Shown: positions 12,765 to 26,025, counted from the first letter of the stretch. The stretch: DNA of 64,000 nt from Macrostomum hystrix (GCA_950097015.1 CATNEN010000038.1:27528001-27592000), one strand, 5' to 3'. Numbers and translations: made by a program. The notes: a model not told the origin generated them from the letters alone.

Positions 12765-13678
12765 GGGATGTGACCTAGTAGTCATGCAGGGCATAAAACG
12801 CACGTTTTGAAGGTCGGTGGTTCGATTCGCGACTCCACTGGAACAATTTGTGTACTATAGACACCTAACACTGCATTGCTTCAGTTCACCCAGCTGTTAT
12901 CTATCTATCTATCTGCAGGGGGGCGCGGGGCACTTGTCGCATAAGCGACGGAGCGGCACGCCCCCAGACCGGCGAACTAGGCGCTTTTGAGCCCATCGCG
13001 CCGCCTCCCCTGAGCAGGCACCACACACAGCAGCACAGACCAGCCGGGGAGGGCAGGAGGCACCCAGAATAGGCAGCAGTGCCCCCCACCCCAGCCCCAC
13101 ACGCACATAGCAGACCAAGCCGGGGCGGAAGGCTGATAAGAAATCAGTCCTCAGGGGGGCCGGGTGATGAGTGTACACTTATCCAATCGCGCTGACGGAA
13201 TTCCAGGGAGCGCGCGGCGGTGTACACCAGCCCTCCAGCCACCCCCGCAAGGTCTAACGCCCCAGCGCCAACGCACACAACTCACACAACGCAGAACAGG
13301 CACACAGAAGGTAGGAGAGAAGCTATTATTTCAAGCTTTGATTGCACGAAATATGGTGCACCTCCGCCGGTCGCTACTGTCCAAACCCCCCAACAAGTCC
13401 CGAAATTAATCGTGACTTGAAGGGTGAATCGAACTAGCGTCCTTTGGAGAGCGAGGCAGCGACGTTAGCCGCTGACCCACTCGCCCCCTTGCTTCAGTTC
13501 ACCCAGCAGTTAAATGGGTACCAGCATAAGCTGGGTAATTGAGGGTGGGTGTGGCGTCCCCCCAGTCCATGGACTGAACAGCCGTACGCTGCCTTCAGAT
13601 GCGCCGCGCAATAGCTGCGGCTGTGCTGTCGGCTGCACATCTGGCCACTAAAGGGGCAGGTATAACTGATTATTATTT
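12765..13678 (+). mobile_element. SINE family A copy split by a nested insertion (5' part to 12899, 3' part from 13489)
   Basis: Head with GGTTCGATTC at ~12820; body resumes at 13489 and ends GGGGCAGGTATAACTGATTATTATT. Confidence 0.8.
12900..13488 (-). mobile_element. third tRNA-headed SINE (family C) with (ATAG)n tail, inserted into SINE A
   Basis: Minus-strand head GGGGCGAGTGGGTCAGCGG...AGTTCGATTCACC; tail reads CTATCTATCTATCT on +; 24-bp TSD TTGCTTCAGTTCACCCAGC(T/A)GTTA at 12876-12899 and 13489-13512. Confidence 0.8.
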
Positions 13679-14459
13679 AATACGTTAGTAGTATACGTCA
13701 AAACCTATAAATAAACTAGATTATTCAGCAATAGAATAAAGTATACATTACTCGTAAAGTGTGTCATCGATTTGCAAAATACGAAATCTGGAATGAAAAC
13801 TCACCGCCTGGTTACAATTTTCTTAGCAGTTTTTATAGATTAGCTGCATATCCATCAAAGTTTAGAATAAAAAAATTATAAAATGTTTTTATTTGAACAA
13901 TGATAAAAAGCATTTTACTAGTACAAACGGTATTCATGGCGAAATAAAAAATGATGCTTTGCTACACGATAAAACTATAGATACATGGATAGAAATGACA
14001 CAGCACGTAAGCCATGTTTGTTAGTAGTAATGACATAATTAAATATAGCTCGTATTGTTGAGTTATAACAATCGTCATGGTTCGTTTAGTGATGAGATAT
14101 AGGTTGTAATCCAATAATTTTCAACCGAATTTTGTAAGAATTTTTTCAATGTGCTTTCTTATTACAAGTCCAAGTTTTACAGGTGTTCGTTGTTTTACAA
14201 AGACTTTATTTATATTTTTCATTTCGAAATGAAGTATTGTTATAGAAGCTTAAGAGTGCTGATGAGAACCTACAAGTATATAATAAATATGGTGATTCTA
14301 CAGGAGAATTTAGTAAAATTATAGTTAGAAAAGTCGAAGTATATATAAGCTTAACGCTGATTGGTTCTCGGCGAAACCCACCTCACTCCACTCACGCCAT
14401 GAATCAAAATCTAGACGCTCTCCGATTTGCTAGCGGCTAGAGCCAATCACCGATTAGTA

Positions 14460-17400
14460 TCACTTTGGATTCAATCGGCGCTCCTTATCGCCAACTTCGC
14501 ACAGCATTAACACCTTCTCCGGATTTAGGGGCAGGTCGAAAACCAGGTAGCGATCTGGCTTGCCCTCCTGCCGGCGGAAGGCCTCGATCGCACGCTTGAT
14601 GGCCGTCATACACACCGGGGCCAGACAGACTGGCGGCTCGCCGATGGCTCTGGTGTTCAGCAGGCCGCTCGGATTAGCCGACTTCTCAAGCAGGTGGACG
14701 CGGAAGTCGCGCGGAGTGTCAGCGGCTTGTGGTACCTGAGACGGGCATTGAAGTACGGGAGAGATGAGACACGGGAGAGATGAGACACGGGAGAGATGAG
14801 ACACGGGAGAGATGAGACACGGGAGAGATGAGACACGGGAGAGATGAGACACGGGAGAGATGAGACACGGGAGAGATAAGACACGGGAGAGATGAGACAC
14901 GGGAGAGATGAGACACGGGAGAGATACGACACGGGAGAGATAATACTCGGGAGAGATGAGACACGGGAGAGATGAGACACGGGAGAGATAAGACACGGGA
15001 GAGATGAGACACGGGAGAGATGAGACACGGGAGAGATACGACACGGGAGAGATGAGACACGGGAGAGATGATACACGGGAGAGATAATACTCGGGAGAGA
15101 TGAGACACGGGAGAGATGAGACACGGGAGAGATGAGACACGGGAGAGATGATACACGGGAGAGATAATACTCGGGAGAGATGAGACACGGGAGAGATGAG
15201 ACACGGGAGAGATACGACACGGGAGAGATGAGACACGGGAGAGATGAGACACGGGAGAGATGATACACGGGAGAGATAATACTCGGGAGAGATGAGACAC
15301 GGGAGAGATGAGACACGGGAGAGATGAGACACGGGAGAAATAAGACACGGGAGAGATGAGACACGGGAGAGATGAGACACGGGAGAGATGATACACGGGA
15401 GAGATGAGACACGGGAGAGATGAGACACGGGAGAGATGAGACACGGGAGAGATGAGACACGGGAGAGATGAGACGCGGGAGAGATGAGACGCGGTAGAGA
15501 TGAGATGAAGAGCGCCGATAAGCCCACCTTATAGTTCCAGGTGCCATCGCAGAGGTTCCTGCCGCTGTCCGGATCGTAGACGGTCCTCTCGGTGAGGCAG
15601 TAGCCCATGCCGAACACGAAGGCGCCCTCAATCTGGCCGATATCGACGCCCGGATTCAGCGACTTGCCAACGTCGACCATCAAGTCGACGCGGCGCATCT
15701 GATAGACGCCGGTGAGGACGTCGACTTCGGCCTCCGCCACGCAGATGCCGTTGGTGTAGTACTGGGCTCCTTTGCCATCATCGTTTCGCTGCAGGAAGCT
15801 GCTCAGAGTGTTAAATTGGAACTTTCGTTAAGCATAAAGATACGTTTTAAAAGTACATCAGGACTCGTTGAGTTATATTTTAAGTGCTTCATTGGATTGA
15901 AGTTACATTTTATATGCAAAGTAAAATCCTGAATTTTAGTGCTGGATAATTCAAGACAAAATTATCAACGCCAAGCCAATTGGCACAGCTAGAGACACAA
16001 AAAGCTTGCGCTCGATTCCGCGAGAACGTCACATTCATTTTTGGCGCAGCCGCGGAGAGAAGGCTTGGGGGCTTGTCGTGCAATTTACGCCCTTGAGGGC
16101 CAACCTCCAAGGCACAGCGAAAGTGTACACTGCCTGACAAAACGTGTATTCAAAACGAGCAGCATTGACTCCTCGCTGACTGTTGGTCTGATAATCATTT
16201 AATGAAAACATTTTAGAATTGTCTTAGAACTCGGGAGTACTCGCCTGCCAATGGCGGAGAGACTGGCGCCCATGTACACTGCCTTCTGCACGACCATCTG
16301 CCAGTTGTTGGCATTTTCCGGGTCAGCCTGTCGCACCGGGTCTAGACTGGCGTTCAGCTGCTTAGCAGCGTCCATGGCTGCCCTGCAGCACCACTCGCTG
16401 GCAATACTGCCACCGGTGACGTTGCCGTTCGGCGTCATCTGCGAGTCGGTCGGCTTCATCTTCACCAGGTTAATGTCGATGTTCAAAGCCGAGGCCACGG
16501 CTTGGGCGATCTTCACGGTGATGCCCTGGCCGATTTCGCTTGCGCTAAAGTACACGCTGACCGAGCCGTCTTGGAGGACGCTCAGCTTGACTACAGCCGG
16601 GCGGAAGTGATTGTAAGAGACGAAGTAGGACGCGGCCGACATGTCCAGACCGCGTTTGCGGTACCGGTTAGACTGGAAACAGAAGGTAGCTCCTATATTG
16701 ATACGTCCAACTTGAGTCGATTAAGAGTAGACCACGCTATCTTCCCCCTAGACAAGGACCACCAGGAATTTCACATACCCAATGCCTACTTCACGAAAAC
16801 TCTGCACTTTTTGGTTGTGGCAAAATTTTGCAATGACACCCCTACGAGAATCGTTGAATATGTCGATGATGCCGATGTTTTAAGATTTTGAAAATTGTTT
16901 CATCGGAAAATTTTAGCCCTTGATATGATTTTCATGGCGATCGGTTGAATATTTTGGGAGATACAAAAAATGTTGGCATTTGGTCTTTCTTCTGTTAATT
17001 GTGTTTAACTTATTGGTCTAAGTTAAAAATAATTTTTTAGAAATTATCGAATGACAGTCAATCAAACAAATACAAAATTTTAAAAGGAAAACTGTTTCAT
17101 CTGCCAAACTGTTTTGAAATCAATGACTTCTAGGAGTAAATAAAAGGACTAAAAACCACGTTTCTTAGAAAAAGTCTAGGTGGCAGATATTTAGATATTC
17201 GCATAAAGTTTTGATTATAGTTTTTATTGCATCAAAAGCCGAGCTGACCCACCTGACCTGTTACCCCGACGAGTTTTACAAAGCTTTGTTTCATAAATTG
17301 TTATCTTCAGATTTTTTTCTTTATTAAGCGCATATTAATAAATGGACTTGATCATCATATAATTGATTAAAACTAACGACTAGTTACGTGTAGACAGTCA

Positions 17401-20400
17401 CTAAAGCTGTAACTTAGACAGGTGTAAATTACGCACCTTATTAAATTTGTCAATGTCGGCTAGGCGAGCCTTGACATCGGCCCTCTCGTACAGCTCGTCC
17501 CACATTAGAATGAGACTGTCACCTTTGCGCGTTATGCCCAGCATATCCAGCTGATCGGGTCGGTACAGATTCTCTCGCTTAAACTGGATGGGGTCCAAGC
17601 CTGCTGCGTGAGCCAGGTGGTCCATGAGCAGTAGGCTGCCTACCGCAGCGGGAGCAGGGCCGGGCGAGCGAACAAAAGTGCTGCACGGCTTGTTGGTGCG
17701 ATAGTTGGCGAATGCCAGCTTGCGGTTCGGCGAGTAGTAGCCCATGTCCATGGACTCCTGACAGAGGGACAGGTGGCGAAAGGGTTTCAAATTGCGAGCT
17801 TAGTTTAAAGGCTAGCTCGCTCGATCGTACCATCCTGTGTCTCTTGGTTAAAGCAAGGGGAAACTGAGGAAGTAGTTGAAAAGACCCAGAAGCTCCAGAA
17901 GCTTATAAAGTCCTAAATAGTTATAGTACAGTATTAGCAGGAGGGCGGCGGGCACTGACACACTATTTGGTGACAGTAGATCCCTTGACATTAATTAGGG
18001 AAATAATGGCAGAAATTAACAACACAACTTTGATTCGAGTTTGGACACGTCTCACTGTGCCTTGGAGGGCGCAAATTGCACGACAAGCCCTTAAAACTTC
18101 TCTCCGAAATGTGGCCTAAATAAATTCCACTATTATTTTCTGCATCAAACTGTCCACTGACCTGCATCTCGTGCGATAGAAGGCCGCCGATATTATTGAC
18201 GAAGCCGACTTCAACGTGCAGGTCCCAGTCCACGGCTAGTAGGCGGCCTTTGGTGTCGCAGGCGGCCCGATATTTGAGCAGCTTGGTGCCTCGCTTGCTG
18301 GTGATGCGCATGACGGTGCTGGTGGTCAGGTTGATGCGTACAGGCTGACCCGTGATGTCAGCGCATAGAGCCACGGTGGCTGCCACCAGGTCGGACATGT
18401 TGATCTTGCCGCCGAAGCCGCCGCCAACACGAGGCGAGATGGCGCGAACTTCGCTCACCGGCCGACGAAGCATTCGGGCTACAACCAGGGCCATGGTCTC
18501 GACCCATTGGTGCGGCGCCGAAACAATGACGCCCTCCTCGGTGATCTCGGCGAATGCTGTGATGTTTTCAATGGGGAAATGAGTCTGCTCCGAACTGAAG
18601 ACTTCGCCTTCGACCCGGATGGCTCCGGGCGCGGCTAGAGCCTCCTCGAAGTCGCCGGTGCCGACTATGTGCGGTTCGCCCTTCTGCGCCGGCTGGCTTC
18701 GAGCGATGGCGTCTCGAATGGACAGTAGCGGCTCCTCGTCCGTCTGCTGGTACTGCACCTCCACCAGGGAGGCGGCCTCATCGGCGGCCCATTGACTGTT
18801 GGCCAGCACAATGGCCACTACCTGACCGCTGTAGCTGATCTTGTCAGCAGCCAGGAGTTCTTCCTTTTCGCTGTTGATTTGTTTTTATTTTTCGAGTCAA
18901 TTAGTCAAGCCCTGGCTAAAGCGTTAACAGTATTATCAATACTCACAACATCTCCATTGGCATCATAGGAAAGGCCAGGCTGTTCACGTATTTGTCCTTC
19001 ATATCTTCCGCTGTAACTAGGCGCCTAAAGCCGGGAACTTTCTGCGCAACGGCAGCGAGGAAGAGAGAATTGAGTTCTAGCTGAATGTGTGCTCATGAGA
19101 GTCTAGTTTAGCGTACAGGCACTCCATGCACTTCATGCCTGAGTTCACATCCTCATTCTAGAGCTTCCGGAGCCATCACATGAGTCCACATCCTCATTCT
19201 TGAGCTTCCGGAGCCATCCATGAGTTCACATCCTCATTCTTGAGCTTCCGGAGCCATCCATGAGTTCACATCCTCATTCTTGAGCTTCCGGAGCCATCCA
19301 TGAGTTCACATCCTCATTCTAGAGCTTCCGGAGCCATTCATGAGTTCACATCCTCATTCTTGAGCTTCCGGAGCCATCCATGAGTTCACATCCTCATTCT
19401 TGAGCTTCCGGAGCCATCACATGATTTCACATCCTCATTCTAGAGCTTCCGGAACCATCCATTAGTTCACATCCTCATTCTAGAGCTTCCGGAGCCATCA
19501 CATGAGTTCACATCCTCATTCTTGAGCTTCCGGAGCCATCCATGAGTTCACATCCTCATTCTAGAGCTTCCGGAGCCATCCATGAGTTCACATCCTCATT
19601 CTAGAGCTTCCGAAGCCATTCATGAGTTCACATCCTCATTCTAGAGCTTCCCGAGCCATCACATGAGTTCACATCCTCATTCTAGAGCTTCCGGAGCCAT
19701 TCATGAGTTCACATCCTCATTCTAGAGCTTCCCGAGCCATCACATGAGTTCACATCCTCATTCTAGAGCTTCCGGAGCCATCACATGAGTTCACATCCTC
19801 ATTCTAGAGCTTCCGGAGCCATCCATGAGTTCAAATCCTCATTCTAGAGCTTCCGGAGCCATCCATGAGTTCAAATCCTCATTCTAGAGCTTCCGGAGCC
19901 ATCCATGAGACAATCGGTGCTCACCTCAGCCTCATCCGTTACAAAGCCCTGCAGCTTGGCTGGCGCTTCAGGGGCCAGCACGAAGGCTGCGCACAGCTCC
20001 TGCTTGTGCGCCTTGTAGTCGTTGACGTAGACAGCCTCACCGGAGGTCTGAGCTCGAGCCTCCTGCTTTGGCATCGCCTTGCCCAGCCACTGGCCCTGCA
20101 TCTCCTCGGCGAAGGTGACCTCAGTGTGCTGCGCCGGCCGATCAAAGACCAGACCGCCGCTGGCCGAAGCTGGTTCGACGCCGTCAGCGCAGGCAGCCAG
20201 AATGAACTTATAGAGCAGGTTGGCTGCCAGGTTGCGTCTGTGCTCCTGACTGGACAGCGTTGGAATCTCCACCGGGACCACCTCGGATTGGAGGACCTCC
20301 AGGGCGCCTGGAGAGGAAGTGAGTGGCAGAGCGGTAAACGCGTTTGCCTCTCGCACCGAGGTCTCTGTGCTCGATTCCGCGGCGAGGCCACGTGTATTTA

Positions 20401-23400
20401 GGGCGCAGCCGCGGAGAGAAGGACATACACAGACTCGAGATACTAGCGCACGGACATACACAGACTCAACAAACAAACACAGGGACATACACAGAGTCGA
20501 GACACAAGCGCACGGACATACACAGACTCAACAAACAAACACAGGGACATACACAGAGTCGAGACACAAGCGTACGGACATACACAGACGTAGTATAGTA
20601 CTTTAGATTTTACTAACTACTAGATTTTGTTCTCACCCGAAACCACATCGGGGTCAACTAGACTCTTGTTCTGCAGATAATTCTCAGTCTTGGTGGCATG
20701 ATTCTGAAACAGATGTGTTTTAATCAAGCGCATTTAGATAGGAGTTTTTCGAAATTTTAATAGGCTCACACAATCAGGTGAATACAAACTAACAAATTTT
20801 CCGGAGATTCCGCCGTACAAAATGCTCGGCTTCTCAGTCACCGAGTGCTTCTTATTTTTGTCAATCGCAAAATGGAAGGCGGCATTAACGTAGGCGTGGG
20901 AGTGCTACAATGGGTAATGGATCGCTTGTCAGATTCAATATCTGAAACATTTGATAAAGTAAAGGAAGGAGAGTGTTAGAAGTGAAGGCTTAGAGAGAGA
21001 CATTCAAGCTGGCGACCAATCAGAAGGCAGGAAGGCTATTCGAGCTTAAAGCGTGAGCCAATCAAAGTGATGGATGCAGAGTGGGAGGGTGAGAAATAGT
21101 CAGTAAAAACTGGGCGAAGAAAACACAAACAACACGGTTGTTTTAACAGACCAATGGTAGACGCAGTGCCGGTGGGAACGGAAATCCTTGATTCTTAAAT
21201 TCCTACATTTTTAAATATTGTCGATCGCAACAACAGCAGCTTGAGGGGTTGAGTGGCAGAGCTGTCTAACCCGTTTGCCTCTCGCACCAAGGTCCCTGAG
21301 CTCGATTCCGCGGCGAGGCCACGTTTATTTGGGGCGCAGCCGCTGAGAGAAGGCTTGGGGGCAATATACAAAACTTGGGGTCAACCTCCAAGGCACAATG
21401 ACAGTGTACACTGCCTTTTTCTGTCTTTGGATAAAATTGCCTCTAAAAGCAGATCTTACCAACACACGCTGGGTGATTTTGAACGACTTGAACACGTGGT
21501 TCTTGGTTGCCACGGCCGGCAGAACGGCTCCGACAACCAGCTGGCCACGCATGTCCAACTGCAGAAAATCGGTCAGCGTATACTCTTTCACGGATCGACC
21601 GTCTGTTATCTTCAGCATCGCTTTCGACGCCTCCATGGTGATGAAGATGTCGGAGCCCATGGCCGGATGGTCGTGCTTCATCATGAGATTACCTGCCCAG
21701 CTGCCGTTTCTGCGTACGGCCTGACTACCGACCACCTCGTAGTGCTTGGCCACCTCCGCCAGGTGTTTCAAACCGTCGACGCGGGAGCCGACATCGCTGA
21801 ATAGGCTAATCAAATCGGCGATGGTTAGGCAAGCGCCGATTTCAAGGCCGTTCTTGGACTCCTGGGGGATTTTAAGTCACGCAGTTCTGGTAATAAGAAT
21901 AATAATTGCAGCAGGGCTGCGGGTAATGGCACATCATTTGGTGACACTGCAGCAAGTGAGAAGGCACTTCTGCACATTCCACTAACTCCTGAGCACACAC
22001 GCACACCCTAACACATGTTTGTACTCGCACACTCACCCAGGTGTCTTCATCACCTGTGATTGTGTGCTCAGGAGTCAACAGAACGAGCAGAATTGCCTCC
22101 TCGCTGGCTGTGGGTCGACTGTCACTAAATGTATCCATGATAGCCTCTGAGCAAATATCATTATAATAATCTATTTTAAGCAAAGCTTCGCACCTTGACT
22201 CCGTATAGTTCTGGCACATTGCGGATGTTAATGTAATAGTCAGCCTGGGCGTCGCCTTTGAACACGCCGGCCGATGTGTTGCCGACTAGCAGTCGATAGG
22301 AGCTCTGGCGAACTCGTTGAAGCAGGTCCAGCAGCTGGTCAAGGCTGCCAGGGTTGTAGAATCGTTGGCCGCGCCAGCCACGTGCCACCGGCGTGATGCC
22401 GGAGGTCGGAACCTTCTGCACTTCGGCCTTCTGACAACACGCCTTCAGATCCTAAACACGGGAATGAATGGCACAATTCAAAATTTGAACATAAATCTAA
22501 AAATTGACACGCAATAGCTGACCTTTATCAACAGGTGTCAGACGAAACAGTGTTACAGGTGGCACAGGTGTCTGTCTAACAGGTTTCAGACACACACCTG
22601 TCTAACAGGTTTCAGACACACACCTGTCTAACAGGTTTCAGACACACACACCTGTCTAACAGGTTTCAGACACACACACACCTGTCTAACAGGTTTCAGA
22701 CACACACACCTGTCTAACAGGTTTCAGACACACACACCTGTCTAACAGGTTTCAGACACACACACCTGTCTAACAGGTTTCAGACACACACACCTGTCTA
22801 AAAGGTTTCAGACACACACCTGTCTAACAGGTTTCAGACACACACACACCTGTCTAACAGGTTTCAGACACACACACCTGTCTAACAGGTTTCAGACACA
22901 CACACCTGTCTAACAGGTTTCAGACACACACACCTGTCTAACAGGTTTCAGACACACACACCTGTCTAAAAGGTTTCAGACACACACCTGTCTAACAGGT
23001 TTCAGACACACACACCTGTCTAAAAGGTTTCAGACACACACCTGTCTAACAGGTTTCAGACACACACACACCTGTCTAACAGGTTTCAGACACACACACA
23101 CCTGTCTAACAGGTTTCAGACACACACACCTGTCTAACAGGTTTCAGACACACACACCTGTCTAACAGGTTTCAGACACACAAACCTGTCTAACATGCGA
23201 GACGCATTCGTCTCAAATACGGCACACCATATCTTGTACACCAAAATTACAATTTTTAGCACGGGTGTTGTCAGTTTCCAAGAAAGGGATTATCACCTCA
23301 ATATCCAAACAGCCGGCGCCGTTAGCCTTACAATCCTTGGCAAAGGTCTTCATAGAGTCCAGAATTGGCCGATAGCCGGTGCAGCGGCAGATATTACCGT

Positions 23401-24253
23401 CGAAGAAGTGTTCCACCTCAGCTTCGGTTGGATTCGGCTTGTTCAAGAGGTTGCTGAACATCGACATGACAAAGCCGGGCGAACAGTAGCCGCACTGACT
23501 GCCGTAGTTGTCAGCTAGTCTAGTCTGGATCGGATGGTAGCCATTCTTCTTGTCGCCCAAGCCTTCCACTGTGGTCACGTGCCAGCCGATGGTTGAGTAT
23601 AGCGGTGTTAGGCACTGCAAATTTTATATCGCGTTTGAAATAGTCAACTTATAGTAGAAATACAAGTATTTTAAACATTGTAAATTTGTTTTAGCAAAAT
23701 TTGCGGACCGAGTTGACGGGACGGCTGACGACCTCGCCGGTGCTGGGGTGCTTGTAGGTGGCGCACACGATGCAAGCGCCGCAGGCGGCCTCTCGGCACG
23801 ACACCTTGCTGCCCTTCAGCTCCAGAATGTCGCGTAGAAAGTCAATCAGCATAAGCTCGGGTCCGCAGTCGCGAGGAACTGCGTGAGAGACAATAATCGG
23901 TTCTCTTAGCTAATCGGCTTGTTATAGCCAATCAGATTACTCGAAGGGTTAGAAAATATACTAGCCGTTAGCCAACCAAAAAAGCCGCCAATCAGAGTCT
24001 GCAAAATTGGAAACCTTTTAGAAGTGTGAAATTTGGAAGTTGTGAAGTTGTGATAAAACACAATGTGGTGGAATTCGAGATCAGTGACCTTGCTGCGACC
24101 TATAGGGCCTCTGTTTTGCCAGACAATTGGGCTTGTTAAGATTTGAATTTGGACCGAGCAGTGTCACTTACTCTCATACTGGATCCCGTTGACGTGAACA
24201 CTGGGATCCGTTGGCGAAATGACGTGCGACTCGGAGCTGTACTTGCTGTACAT
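14460..24253 (-). CDS. aldehyde oxidase / xanthine dehydrogenase-family molybdo-flavoenzyme, 14 exons, ~1296 aa
   Basis: Exons 24253-24172, 23878-23709, 23614-23297, 22451-22194, 21861-21460, 20904-20794, 20703-20637, 20307-19925, 19041-18947, 18870-18162, 17757-17437, 16672-16245, 15798-15528, 14735-14460, with consistent phases; motifs SCREAACGAC, SQCGYCSPGF, GNICRCTGYRPI, LLVGNT, GGGFGGK, DIGQIEGAF, AIGEPP. Confidence 0.93.
14755..15505. repeat. 16-bp minisatellite (GGGAGAGATGAGACAC)n filling the last AOX intron
   Basis: About 46 copies; produces the repetitive SHLSRVSSLPCLISPV ORFs in all three minus frames. Confidence 0.96.
16042..16138 (+). mobile_element. SINE family B fragment
   Basis: Matches the SINE B body (GGCGCAGCCGCGGAGAGAAGGCTTGGGGG...). 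Confidence 0.8.
19135..19907. repeat. 40/41-bp intronic minisatellite (CATGAGTTCACATCCTCATTCTAGAGCTTCCGGAGCCATC)n
   Basis: About 19 copies, occupying most of AOX intron 19042-19924. Confidence 0.95.
20319..20422 (+). mobile_element. SINE family B 5' fragment abutting an AOX splice acceptor
   Basis: GAGTGGCAGAGCGGTAAACGCGTTTGCCTCTCGCACC...; begins about 10 nt from the acceptor AG at 20308-20309. Confidence 0.8.
20421..20588. repeat. short tandem repeat of GGACATACACAGA-headed ~30-bp subunits (~61-bp higher period)
   Basis: Directly visible. Confidence 0.8.
21245..21415 (+). mobile_element. SINE family B 5' portion
   Basis: Similarity to the copy at 10329-10699. Confidence 0.8.
21895..22150. 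mobile_element. two SINE B 3' fragments in inverted orientation (about 21895-22010 on -, 22060-22150 on +)
   Basis: Both match the SINE B 3' end; CTCCTGAGCACAC and GTGTGCTCAGGAG are mutually complementary. Confidence 0.65.
22570..23195. repeat. 24-28-bp minisatellite CCTGTCTAACAGGTTTCAGA(CA)n
   Basis: About 24 copies with a variable CA dinucleotide run; ACCTGT-CTA-ACAGGT internal palindrome. Confidence 0.95.
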
Positions 24254-25364
24254 TCTGTCTTTTGCTGCAACTGTTGTCTAGGGAAGAAACCGTTAATGTG
24301 GGATGTGAAACTTAGAAAATTAATTTGTTTGACGGCTTCAATATAGTCTGTCTGTTTTATAAGGCCAATCGACAGATAATTGGGTCAGAGTAAGAGCGAC
24401 AAAGTTATAAAAGAAATTCTTGAGTCCACGCCTCTCCCAGGCGAGCCTGGACTGACAGGCAATTGCTGCCACAAGTGTTGTCATAGCAACGAGCTAGGCA
24501 AGAAAAATCTACATTGGTTGTACACCTGAAAGAATTGTTCAGAGCTGTCACTCGCTAGGTCGAGTACGCAGCATTTTCGTCTCTTTGTTCAAACAATCGG
24601 CTTTTCTGTCTGGCTTGGATAAACAGTGGACCCTGCCTGTTGAGTCCGCATGCTCAACACGCACACGCATGCGTAACCCTGGAGCACTGCTCAGCTATAC
24701 CATCTACTTGTCGCTGGCTGCTTTAGCTGCTTGAGCGTCATAGTAATGTTTGTTTTAAAGCGAATTTTAAGCTTTTTTCTGTAAGAATCAAACTTTTATA
24801 ACCTTATAGCTAAATAATATTTGCTTCTGAAAGACTGGATTTTCTAAAACTGAAGATCTGTAAGAAATTCTGTGGACTTAATTAGAGAAGAGAAGAGAAG
24901 AAATTCAACTCTAAAAGACAAGCCGACAGGTTAGGCTGATAAACTAAAATGAGTGTAGAAAATATTGTATTGACCAGGCTGTCTAAGATAAAAATGCCAG
25001 TTAATTAGACCGAACGTGTTAGAATACTTCTCATCGCGAGAAGAAAAACGTGCTCAATAGCTGATGATGCTTCTAAGAGATAAGAATAATACCTTTATTT
25101 ATTGAGAATATTTTAGCGCAACCAGCAGTAAAGGAAAGAGATAATTAATACGAAAATAAATTACAGTTCTGGAAGTCTGTTTTCGGTTAAATCTGTTGCA
25201 TATATAAAGAATCTTCACAGAAACTTTTTTGTAGAAAATTCGCAACTTACCGATTCGAGAAACCTCAAATTACCGAATCTGTGTCCTCTTAGTTTCCAAT
25301 TCTTCACAACACCGAAACTTCACAAAATCATATACTCCCGAAAAAAAGAAACGTCACAACTGAA

Positions 25365-26025
25365 TCTTTACAGTACCGAATTTTCACGACCCTGAAATCT
25401 TCAAAATAAAGAATCTTCATGATACCGAATCTTCAAAATAAAGAATCTTCATGATACCGAATCTTCATGATACCGAATGTCACGATACCGAATCTTCAAA
25501 ATAAAGAACCTTCATGATACCGAATGTCACGATACCGAATCTTCAAAATAAAGAACCTTCATGATACCGAATGTCACGATACCGAATCTTCAAAATAAAG
25601 AATCTTCATGATACCGAATGTCACGATACCGAATCTTCAAAATAAAGAATCTTCATGATACCGAATGTCACGATACCGAATCTTCATGATACCGAATCTT
25701 CAAAATAAAGAATCTTCATGATACCGAATGTCACGATACCGAATCTTCAAAATAAAGAATCTTCATCATACCGAATTTCACGATACCGAATCTTCAAAAT
25801 AAAGAATCTTCATGATACCGAATGTCACGATACCGAATCTTCACAATAACAAATCTTCATGATACCGAATTGTCACGATACCGAATCTTCACAATACCGA
25901 ATCGTCACGATACCGAATTTTCACGATTCCGAATCTTCACAGACTTCTAATGATACCGAATCATCATGATACAGAATCCTTACAATACCGAATATTTACA
26001 ATACTGATTTTCAAAGATACCGAAT
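25365..26025. repeat. degenerate ~15-16-bp repeat (GATACCGAATCTTCA / AATAAAGAATCTTCA) with a higher-order period
   Basis: Directly visible. Confidence 0.88.
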
